From Eledone cirrhosa (taxonomy: Eukaryota), in the NCBI GenBank assembly GCA_964016885.1, contig OZ024764.1, positions 21,204,001 to 21,268,000 on the forward strand: a stretch of 64,000 nt of DNA. Direction: 5' to 3'. The notes beneath the pieces are model-generated. The model did no database searches and had not been told where the DNA came from. It saw only the letters and a list, made by a program, of their open reading frames with translations. A program made the translations under genes and the position numbers. Of the stretch, positions 52,930 through 64,000 are shown one piece after another. Each line of letters begins with the position of its first letter. The first letter of the stretch is position 1.

Positions 52930-55240
52930 TAAAGAAATTAGGTGTAGAAGAATGGCTTGTGAGAAGCTGTCAGTAAAGTGTGTTTAGTGAGGAATTGAAG
53001 GTACAGGTAGGAGTTCATCATGGTTTAGTTCTTAGCCCACTGTTGTTCATCATAGTTCTCCAAGCCATAACAGAGAGGTTTAAGACTGGCTGTCTATGGA
53101 AACTTCTCTATGTAGATGACCAGCTATAGATATAGAATTTGAAATGGTAAGTTCTGAGAATATACTTAGCCAAAACTAAAGTGCTAATGGATAGGAGAGA
53201 AGACCCTGACCCCTTCAGGAAAGTAGCCCTGCTCCATATGTAGAAAAGGAATAAGTAGAGATAACCACAATGACAGAGACCTAGTGATAATAGCAGGGGA
53301 CTTCAATGGTCATGTTGGACAGTTCGAGGATGGATATACTGGGGTACATGGTGGTCATGATTATGACTCAAGAAACGAAGAAGGAGTGAGGCTTCTTGTA
53401 TTTTGTGATGCAAGTGAACTAACCATTTACAACACTTCAAGAAACCTACCAACCACCTAATAACCTACCAATCAGGTGAGCACATGAGACAGATTGACTT
53501 CTTGCTAGTTAGGGAGTAAGACAGATAGATGGTGTCAAATACTAAGGCATACCCCAGGGAACAATGTAACCCCCCAAGAGACAAAATGAGACATACAAGA
53601 AGGTTTGAAAAAGGAAGGTCTGGAAACTAAAAGACCTTTCACTAAAATATAAATTTAGGAAAGCCCTTCAATGTCGTATGACATGGATGATAATTGGAAT
53701 TTCTTACGTTACAACTTACTGCAGGTTACTGAAGAAACTTGTGGCTGGAGCAGAGCTCCAACCAAACAGAGGGTGACCTGGTGGTGGAACAGTACGGTAG
53801 ATAGAGCCATTAGAGACAAAAGGCTTTGAAAAATGGTAGGGCTAGAGACCGATTCACAGCCACAAAGAGAGAAGCTAGATGTCAGGTTTACTTAACATGC
53901 AGGGAGGCTGAGAGTAGAAGGTTTGCCAATGTCCTGCGATAGGGAGATCAGAGATGTGCGGTGATCCACATTGCAAGGCAGTGTGTCAGTGTAAATCAGG
54001 ATGTTGGTGCACTTAGTGTCACTGATTCTCAAAAAAAAGGAGGCCTGGAAATGTCATTATGAGAGACTGATGAATGTGGAGAATGAATAGGAGGGGAGCT
54101 ACCTTCAGTAGACCCGACAGAGGGACCAACTATTGAAATTGCCGACTATAGGGTCCAAGAGGCAATTAAGGAAATGAAAAATGGTAGGTCCGCTGGACTG
54201 TTGGGGATAGTTGCTGAGATGCAAAAGGCATCAGGAGAAGTAGGAATTAAACTGGTTGCATGCATCATTAATCAAGCTATATATGGTGGTGTCACCCCCA
54301 AAGACTGGTGCAGCAGTATTCTCATAAATTGAGGTAAAGATAAAGGGGATGTTCTGGAGGGGAGTAATTATAGGGGTATAAAGCTGATGGATCAGGTTAT
54401 GAAAGTGACAGAAAGAATACTAGCGCAACTTAGAGAAAGAGTCAAACAGATGCCCTCTTCTTAGTGAGACAACTACAAGAGAGGTTCTTAGAGAAGAAAA
54501 CCACTATACTTAGTTTTTGGTGATCTAGAGAAGGCCTTTGATAGAGTACCCCAATCTGTCATCTGGTGGTCCCTAAGGAAACTAGGTGTAGAGGAATAGT
54601 TTGTGAAGACAGTGCAAGCTATGTACAGAGGTGCTGTCAGTAAAGTGAGGGTAGGCATGGAGTTTAGTGAGGAATTACAGATGCAGGAGTATCTCAGGGT
54701 TCAGTCCTCAGCCCGCTCTTGTTCATTATAGTCCTCCAAGTCATAACAGAAGAGTTTAAGACTAGGTGCCCATGGGAACTTCTCTATGCTGACGATCTGG
54801 TTCTTATAGCAGAATCAGTAGAGGAGCTAGAGAATAAATTCTGGCTATTGCAACAGCAGTTGGAATCAAGAGGACTGAGAGTGAACCTAGCTAAGACAAA
54901 AGTGTTGATGAGTAGAAAAGAGGACAAAACTGTCATTCCATCAGGGAAATGGCCTTGTTCAATATGTAGAAAAGGAACTGGCATACATTCTATAATGTAC
55001 ACAATGCAGATCTTGGGTACACAAGAGATGTAGTGGGATAGCAGGCAAACTAACAGGTATGGAAAACTACATATGCAGTAGATGTACAGGGAAATTTGAG
55101 AGTAGAAGTTGCAGTGATAGACTCATTTTTTAAATGCAGATGGGTTCTCTAAAAGTGGTTGATAGCTTCCGATACCTAGGTGATCAGATTAGCAAGGGGG
55201 AGGGTGCTGTGAGGCCATAATATCTAGAATAAGGACGGGT
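52930..55240 (+). mobile_element. Degenerate RTE LINE (EN-RT-PHD-like)
   Basis: WWNS..V, W(K)CHYERL, NYRGIKLMDQVMKV, DLEKAFDRVP, LLYADDLVL and SGKWPCSICRKG (ORF 54719-55033); many stops. Confidence 0.88.
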
Positions 55241-55279
55241 TGTCCTCACCAACAGGTCTCTAATTATAAAGGTTTATCA

Positions 55280-55445
55280 TTGACTAACACTAACAGCCCC
55301 CAGGGTGGACTGAACCAACCCTAACACCCTCCAGGGTGGACTGAACCAACCCTAACACCCCCCCCCCCCAGCGTGGACTGAACCAACCCTAACACACCCC
55401 AGGCTGGACTGAACCAACACTAATACCCCCCAGTGTGGACTGAAA
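55280..55445. repeat. ~31-bp minisatellite
   Basis: About 5 x CCCCAGGGTGGACTGAACCAACCCTAACACC. Confidence 0.85.
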
Positions 55446-55756
55446 TAACTGTATTACCCTATCATGATACTATAACATTATAAACCTAAAACTCTGTGAT
55501 TGTGTCTTGTCTGTAATGTAATACAGCCAAAACGGGGCATAATGGGGAAATAGTTGAAAGGAAGTTGACCCTGAAATGGGAATACAAATGGGATAAAACA
55601 AGTTTCATGTAAATCACAGCACACGATCCCGAGATGGGTTTTTTCTGGTACCTTCATAAATAGAGAGAGAGAGAGAGCTGGTGGTGTTGTTGAACAAAAT
55701 TTTAAAATTATATATATACACACACACATATATATACACACACGCATATATATACA

Positions 55757-55900
55757 TGGAGGCACATGGCTTAGTGGTTAGAGCATTGGCCTTGCAATCG
55801 AAAGGTTGTGAGATCAATTCTCAGACCGGGTGATTTGTTGTTTCCTTGAGCAAGACACTTTATTTCACATTGCTCCAGTTTACTCAGCTGTAGAAATGAG
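55757..55900 (+). mobile_element. tRNA-derived CORE-type SINE
   Basis: GGAGGCACATGGCTTAGTGGTTAGAGC ... GAGATCAATTC ... TCCTTGAGCAAGACACTTTATTTCAC. Confidence 0.75.
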
Positions 55901-56084
55901 ATAATAGGACTGGAGTCCTATTATTCCACTGCAAAGTGGTCGTGGAGGTGCCACGGTAAAAAAGCACCCAGCACTCACTGTAAATGAGGTTGGTGTTAGG
56001 AAGGGCATCCAGCTGTAGAAATCAAGCCAGTATCATTTCCCGTCCCACCCTTGCAAGCAGGGTATAGCTTTTTCTAACCACACA

Positions 56085-56541
56085 TTATAAACCTAAAACT
56101 CTGTGATTGTGTCTTGTCTGTAATGTAATACAGCCAAAACGGGGCATAATGGGAAAATAGTTTGAAAGGAAGTTGACCCTGAAATGGGAATACAGATGGG
56201 ATAAAATAAGTTTCACGTAGATCAGAGCACAGGTTCCCGAGATATGGGTTTTTCTGGTACCTTCATAAATAGAGAGAGAAAGATAATGGGTGTGTGAGAG
56301 AGAGAGCTGTTGGTGTTGTTGAACGAAATTTTAAAATTATAACAAGCGACTTGTGTGTGTGTGTCTGTGACATATATATATACACACACACACATATATA
56401 TATACACACACGCATATATATATATATACATGGGCCTAACTACTAATTTCATTTTAGATTATATACATGTCTGTGTATATTTTAATTATTTAAAAATTAT
56501 TTTTAAAGGGAACGTGACCCAACAGGTCACAGGGTTTCTAG
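56085..56541 (+). mobile_element. Non-autonomous Helitron, diverged plus-strand copy (partial duplicate at 55478-55740)
   Basis: Reverse-complement homolog of 28082-28410, with a perfect hairpin GTGACC-CAACA-GGTCAC followed by CTAG|T at 56538-56542. Confidence 0.78.
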
Positions 56542-58116
56542 TAAGATTATAAATACAAACACACAAAAAGATAGAATCTACTCAAACGTTAATATCTCAG
56601 ACCCCAGTAGATTACTGGAACTTTAATTTATCCACCCCGTTAGAATGAAAGACAAAGTTAACTTTGGTGGGATTTGAACTCATAACATAAAGGGTTGAAA
56701 TCCCGCCGAGGTTAGCTTTGCCCTTCATCTTTACGGGGTTGATTTAAGATCTAATAATAGTTTCTGATTTAGACACAAGGTCGACAATGTTTGGGGGGAA
56801 TAAGTTGATTAAATCAAACACAGTTACTGTGAGATCACTTCTTTGATAGTTTGTTTAAAAATAACTGATTCACAATTTACGTGTGAAAAGTTGACAAAGA
56901 TTTACAGGTGGTGTTATCAATAAATAGGGCCTTCAAAGTAGCAGGAAACGACTAGATTTGTAGATAAAAAGTGGGAGACAGGATTATCAGAGTTTAGAAG
57001 AGCTACACACTTCTCCAGTTGGCTGGGAAATAATTATCTTTCCTTATAATTTTTCTCGACCTCTTAGATGTTTGCAATCGACTTTTCTTCCTGAAAACGG
57101 AAACCCTAACCCTAATACTGGGGAATAAAACGTCTATTGCAAGTATCTAAGGGGTTCAGAGAAAATATTGAAAAGGGGTCTAGAAAAAAATCTAAGAAAA
57201 ATAATTATTTCCCACCCAACTTGAGGTGTGAGTAGATCTGTGAAACTACATCTCTTCGTATACTTTCACCCTACTTCTTCTACAAATCTAGTCGTTTCCG
57301 TGAGGGTACCTGGTTATTTCAGCCCCTTAGACTCACCTTACCAAGGTGTCAGGTGATACCCGTGAGGGTACCTGGTTATTTCAGCCCCTTAGCCTCACCT
57401 TACCGAGGTGTCAGGTGATACCCGTGAGGGTACCTGGTTATTTCAGATCCTTAGCCTCACCTTACCGAGGTGTTAGGTGATACCCGTGAGGGTACCTGGT
57501 TATTTCAACACCTTAGCCTCGCCTTACCGAGGTACCAGGTGATACCCGTGAGGGTACCTGGTTATTTCAACACCTTAGTAATGCTGCCAGTGTGTTGGCT
57601 TGCCTCAAAGTGTGTAGTTAACCCCTAAGGTGTGAGGTGTGGCCTATTATCACGCTTGGTGGTCAATTGCCATCTCCCACTGTGTTTTTCTTTCCTTTAT
57701 CATTATTGTTCAATAAATTATATTATTATACACAGTTTAGACAATATATTTGTAATGTCTTTCTCAAGGAATTGCCAGCAATTTATAATGTTATTTACAC
57801 ACTTATGTTATTTATGTATATATTTAAAACATATTTACAACGTTATTCTACTGTAAATTTATACAATTGTAATAAAATATATTAATTATATCATCACATA
57901 ATATAAAAACGACCTTTAGAATATTTAAATATTTAGTTTTGTTAATTTATTTTTCAGCAACAACAAAAGTTTTCACTTTAATTAATTAGAGGTAGGTAAA
58001 ATATAGATAATTACGATAACATTTTATATTTCCAGTAATGAAACAAACAAGAAAATATATATTTGTGATGTGAAAAGTGAGCTTAAATCTACAATATTAA
58101 TAGACATAATACTTAC

Positions 58117-58250
58117 ATTATAGTCTCAGGTGTTTAGTATTTACAGAAATGTTGTCTAAATGTTGTTGTAGGAAGACTAACACGTGGACAGGAAGTCGAC
58201 AACTGCACCACTGCGCATGCTTCAATGTTTTGTTGTGACGTAAAAATATT
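58117..58250 (-). promoter_or_regulatory. Putative ZNF promoter/exon 1, copy D
   Basis: Same E-box/ETS/NRF1-like/CRE-like cluster; GTAAGT donor at 58116. Confidence 0.55.
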
Positions 58251-58949
58251 TTTACCGAATTAAATTATGTAAAGTTTGTAATAAAAAAAATGAAAGTTTA
58301 AATCAGTAAATGTAATTAAAATAGAGAAAGTAAGGTGTTGGTGATGAAATTAAAATAGGACAGCTAAGTACTCTTACAGAGATCACCGGGTATCTCGGTA
58401 AGATCACGTCATGTGGAGGCTAAACCGTCAGAACAGCTAAGTACCCTCACACGAGTCATCGGGTACTTCGGTAAAGCCAGCTGCCAACAGTGACCACAAC
58501 TTCGTTGTCAGCAGCCCAGCTTCTCAAACATCACAGACTGGAATAAATACTTTGCCGATAATTACTGGTAGTTTAACTTTTATTTCGTTCGTCTACAGAA
58601 GCAGTGACCCTCACTTTTACTACAGCATGTAGGATGTGGGAGGGAGACAAAAACATCACTAACTGGGGTCTCACAAATGTGACAGTTAGTTTTGAAAATA
58701 TATATACCAGATACAAGATAAATGACTAGACTGAAATATATTTGATAGGGAATAAAGAGTAGAATATTCTAGTCTGGGGTGTTGGAGAAGTTTGGAGGAG
58801 ATAGGTCCCTGACAACGAGGTTCTTGTTATCGTTGGCAGCTCTCCTTACCGAGGTGTCAGGTGATACATATGAGGGTGTTTGGTAGTTCCAACATCTTAG
58901 CCTTGCTATCACTCAAGGTATGACTGTCTCAGAAAGTATTAGAGGGAGA

Positions 58950-61900
58950 TTCCGGCACCCCATGTGATGTGATACTGATTGACAGAGTGTTGACTTAATA
59001 TTTTCATTTGTTGTGATTCTATGTGAAATATATCTCTATGTAAGTAACTTGGTTACGTGAATCATTGTGAATCTCGTAAATACTTAAACAGAAATCTACT
59101 TAGGACACAAAATAAAGTAGATTCCATTGAACAAAGTATCTAAAGAATGTATGTCAAAAAGAAGAGGGGGATGAAACGAGAGTTCTCTTTCCTTACATAT
59201 GTTTTATGTTTGACAGTAGTAGAGGTATATATGTGTTTGTCTGTCTCTCTCTCGGTATAAACTACCATTTGCACTGCCTCTGTTTTTTGTTCCTGTCTAA
59301 TATTTAACTATATATATATATATCTTGAGGTTGTGAGTTCGCTTCTTGGACCAGGCGATGCGTTATGTCCTTGAGCAAGAGACTTTATATCACGTTGTTC
59401 CTTCTACCCGGAGTTGCGACCGTTAGTACTAGCATTTGGAAAGACCAATGGAAACATTGCTTCCTCGGTCCGATTTGACGAAAGTCGATCGTTCCTTCAT
59501 ATATATATATACAGTGTGGTACCTTGACTTACGAGTTTAATTTGTTCCGTGGAGGACCTCGTAACTTAAATTACTCGTATGTCAAATCAATTTTCCCCAC
59601 TGAAATAAAATAAAATGCCATTAATCCGTTCCAGACTCCCAAAACCAGTTTGTTTTGTTACGCGTTTTTAAATAAGAAAAATGTACTTATAAATAACAAA
59701 TATTGTATATAAAAAACAATACAATAGAATGTACTACAATAAACTGGTTTTATTAAGTATAATGTACAGCATCAATCTTGGAGATCAGACGACTTGAGGA
59801 TGTTGACGGAGGAGAAAGGATGAACTGAATAACTGAATCTTATTCGCTGATTTTTGACCTTTTCGTCACGCTTTCCTCATTTTTATCTGCAGGGATTTTC
59901 GATAAGAACCTGTCTAATGGGGTTTGTTTCATCTCACTTGTTGAGATAACCTCCTCTGTGTCACCTATTTCCTGCAAAAACTCCGTGTGTTGCTGTGTCT
60001 GTAGCTCCTTTAATTCCTTCGTTGTCAGTTCCTCGGGGTGCTCCTCGATGAGCTCGTTGATGTCACCTTCATCCATGTCCAGGCCCATGGAGTTACCGAG
60101 GGTTACAATCTCCTCCACCACTGCCGCTTCGGGTTCCAGTCTTTCAAAGTCTGTTTTAGACACAACTTCAGGCCACAGCTTCTTCCATGTAGAGGTCAAG
60201 GTCCTCTTTGTAAGACCCTGCCAGGTCATATCGATAATTCTGAGGCATATCACGATGTTATAATGGTCCTTCCAGACCTCTCAAGGGTGAGGTTTGTGCT
60301 CCCCGTCACTTCAAAGCAGCGACTGAACAGGTGCTTGGTGAAGAGCTTCTTGAAATTAGAAAGTACCTGCTGGTCCTTGGTCTGTAGGATAGGGGTGGTG
60401 TTTGGTGGAAGGTAGAGAACCTTTATAAACTTGACCTCTTCGAGGTTGGGTGGATGAGCAGGTGCATTATGTAGGATAAGAAGGGTTTACAGGGGTAGGT
60501 TATTTTCCTGGAGATATTTTTTAACGTCAGGACCAAAGACCAAATTCACCCACTCCACAAAAAACTACCTGGTGACCCATGACCTCGGGTTTGCCCTCCA
60601 CATAACCTGCAGTTTTTCTTTCAGAATCTTATGTGACTTAAAGTTTTCCGAATGATAAACGAGCAGCGGCTTAATCTTACACTCGCCTCTCAGTGGCACA
60701 CAGTGCAGGGGTTAGCCTATCCTTCATGGGTTTGTGGCCAGGCATCCTCTTCTCCTCTGCCATTATATAAGTCCTCCTTGGCATCTTCTTCCAAAAAAGT
60801 CCTGTTTCATCACAGCTAAAGACTTGCTGAGGGATGTATCCTTCGGCTGCTATAATTCCGGCAAAGGTTTTGGGGTAATCCTCAGCTGCCTTCATATCCG
60901 CGCTCGCTGCCTCACCATGCCTGACAACGGAGTGAATGCCGGTCCTCTTTTTAAAATTCTCAAACCAACCCCGACTGGCATTAAAGGGCTTGCCGATGCC
61001 TCGTCTGTAGAAGTACCTGGGGTCTGCTGCAGCAAATCAGCGTAAATAGCTCGTGCCTTCTCACATATTATAATCTTCATCACGGTATCTCTTGCGGTAT
61101 TGCCTGTGGCGGTCACTATGGCAACTCGTGGCGGGGCATCTGAAGCTGACTCGTAACCCGAATTTTACTCTGGAACTCAACGCAAAAAATCAGCCGAAAG
61201 AGGACTCGTATCTCGAAAAACTTATTAGTTGGGACACTTGTAAGTCAAGGTACCACTGAATATATATATATATATTTGTGTTTGTGTGTGTGTATATGTA
61301 TATTCTGATTACTGAAGCTGGTGCATTAGATTTCACTGCCAACACTGTAAAGAGGTTGTGTAGGTGTCACAACAAAAAGTACCCAGTCCACACTGTAAAG
61401 TGGTCATGTAGGTGTCACGACAAAAAGTACCCAATCCACACTGTAAAGTGGTCACATTGGTATCATGGAAAAAAGTACCCAGTCCACCCTGTAAAGTGGT
61501 ACTGTAGGTGTCACGATAAAAAGTACCCAGTACTCACTGTAAAGTGGTACTGTAGGTGTCATGACAGAAAGTAAAAAAGTACCCAGCCCACACTGTGAAG
61601 TGGTCGAGTTGGTGAGATAGTAAAAAGCACCCAGTACTCAATGTAAATAAGGTTGGTGCTAGGAAGGGCATCCAGCTGTAGAAACCGATCCAAAATTTGT
61701 TCTGTAGGAGCCAGACATGGTCACCTGACCTGGCCTTGCTTACAACAGGATAACTCGTCTAACCCATGCCAGCGTGAAAAAACTGTTGTTAAACAGTGAT
61801 GATGATATAACATTTGTTTAATAATGAATTCCAATCTCATTGTTAACAGCTATAGATGTCAGGATGTGAACCTTTTTACTGAAATATCTTCTCCATGTTA

Positions 61901-63505
61901 GTGGCTGAAGAAGATTTAGAAAACTTTCACACAATAACCGTATTCCCTAACTTCTCCCCTAAAAAATACAAGACAAGCAGGGCCAGACTTTTACCTACTG
62001 AAGCCCTAAGCTATATGAAATTAGAGGTTCTTCTCCAAAAATATATAATTATCTTTTATATTAATGTTAATGATAAAGAATAAATAATATAATAAATATA
62101 CCACCATAGGTGCTGAGGTGGCTAGCTGCTGGTGTGAACCTCACAAGATGGAATAGCTCTTCCAGCACATCTAGAACATGACCCTCTAATATCTAGTATT
62201 TAGTAACAAACTAGACCACCCGGGACCTGTTGGGTCACGTTGCCTTAAAATTATCTTTTAAGTTATTTAAAAATAATTTTTAAATAGTTAAAATATACAC
62301 ATACGTATATATATATATACACACACACACACACATTTTATTAAACAACACCACCAGCGCCCACTCTCTCCCTATATTTATGAAGGTACCCAGAAAACCC
62401 CGTATCTTGGGAACCTGTGCTCCAATTTAAACAAATCTTGTTTTATTCCTTTCAAAGTATTTCCCCATTATGCACTGTTTTAGCTGTATTAAATTACGGA
62501 CAAGACACAATCACAGAGTTTTAGTAGTATATAGATAATATAGCTTCAAATTAAAGTTAGTAAACGACAGTTTGGAGAAATCTGTAACATTTATTAAAGA
62601 TTCCTCAAGTTTGTCAATTCTATAGCACAATAGTTTGTTAGTTAAAGTGTTTAGTTAGATATTCTACATATAAAGAAGAGAGAATACTTTACCACAAATA
62701 TTAGTGGTATATGATTTTCCCATCTCTTCTGGAAAATATTCCTATGTTGATGTAAATATTTCTATTGTTCATAATTTTATCAAATGTGATCTTTGTCAAT
62801 ATCCAAATATTTTGAAAACTCCTTTGTAAATATCTAAAGTTTAATCAGAATGTAAAATCATCTTGTAAATATTCCAGACAGTGAAAAAGGAATATGTTGT
62901 TATTTATCTCAATTCAAAAGAAATATTTCACCATAATTCACCACAGACTAAACAAGTTTATATCACTTGTATGTAACATCTTTCTGTTGTCTTTAAAAGA
63001 CTCTTTTCTGTCAAGGTCATGTGATATTCTGAAATAGTAGAGAAACATTATTAAGATATTTAGAAAATAGAGAAACAACAGTGAAAACTTTACTACATCT
63101 CTATATTAATAGATATAAACCTTACATGGTGACACAAACACTGCAACACTAACTTACAGGAAAGCATATAGTTACTTGATCTAGTTACTTCAATCAGGTG
63201 AAGAGATAAACTAGATTGACTTCATTCTCATCAGAAAACAGGATAGACAGATGGTTGGGAATATTAACTCCTTTACTGGAGAAGGACGTACCACTCAACA
63301 TAGACTAGATACTAGGTGTAATATCTAGAGGGACTGATAGATACAAGACTATGTGGAGAAAGAAGGGTTGGAGAGTAAAAGATCTCCCTGTTTAACATAA
63401 CATCTAGAGGGACTGTGAGAGGTACAAGACAACCTAGAGAAAAGGATAGGGACAGTAAAAGATCTCACTCGAGGTAAGACTGCCTCAGAAAGTATTAGAG
63501 GGAGA
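58950..63505. repeat. Segmental duplication copy E (truncated, no ZNF, no hAT)
   Basis: Same truncation junction as B, at ~63465; the hAT region is replaced by Tigger. Confidence 0.9.
59512..61258 (-). mobile_element. Tigger (pogo/Tc1-mariner) DNA transposon, degenerate
   Basis: TIRs CAGT(GT)GGTACCTTGACTTACGAGT / ACTTGTAAGTCAAGGTACCACTG in a TA tract. Transposase pieces IICEKARAIYADL, YIPQQVFSCDETGLFWKKMPRRTYI..GHKPMKDRLT, LPPNTTPILQTKDQQV and WKKLWPE. Confidence 0.92.
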
Positions 63506-64000
63506 CTCCGGCACCCCATGTGATGTGAGACTGATTGACAGTGTGTTGACTTAATATTTTCATTTGTTGTGATTCTAGGTGAAATATATCTCTATGTAAG
63601 TAACTTGGTTACGTGAATCATTGTGAATCTCGTAAATACTTAAACAGAAATCTACTTAGGACACAAAATAAAGCAGAGTCCATTGTACAAAACACATAAA
63701 GAACGGATATCAAAAAGAAGGGTGAATGCAACTAGAGTTGTCTCCCCTTACATATGTTTTACCGTAGTGTACGTTTGTGTGTTTCTCTCTCACTATATAT
63801 ATATAAATATATGTATTTTTTTTACGATCGACTTTCCGTCAAATCGGACCGAGGAAACAATGTTTCCATTGGTCTTTCCAATTGCTAATACTATCTATCG
63901 GTCGCAACTCCAGGTAGAAGGAGCAACGTGAAATAAAATGTCTTGCTCAAGGACAGAACGCATCGCCCAGTCTGAGAATCGAACTCACAACCTCACAATT
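63506..64000. repeat. Segmental duplication copy F (start)
   Basis: Marker at 63506; shares C-specific variants (CATATGTTTTAC, TTTTTACGATCG). Confidence 0.9.

Overview
AT-rich eukaryotic (animal) DNA. The repeat families (RTE LINEs with (GAT)n tails, tRNA-derived CORE-type SINEs, CRE/RLE retroposons, Buster-type hAT, Tigger) and the [17 protein letters not shown] finger style point to a coleoid cephalopod, most likely Octopus; this is inferred, not proven. The whole window is a tandem segmental duplication with six copies (A 1-23194, B 23195-29383, C 29384-44354, D 44355-58949, E 58950-63505, F 63506-end). The three long copies each carry one minus-strand C2H2 zinc-finger gene without a recognisable effector domain (15, 9 and 2 fingers). 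Each gene has a putative non-coding first exon, a promoter with NRF1/ETS/E-box/CRE-like motifs and a TE-filled intron. B and E are truncated at the same junction and lack the gene. The flanks are near-identical between copies, while finger number and the DNA-contacting residues are almost entirely different. Presence/absence of insertions, with TSDs and empty sites visible in the window, shows a mosaic recombination history. No prokaryotic features, CRISPR arrays or rRNA/tRNA genes were found.
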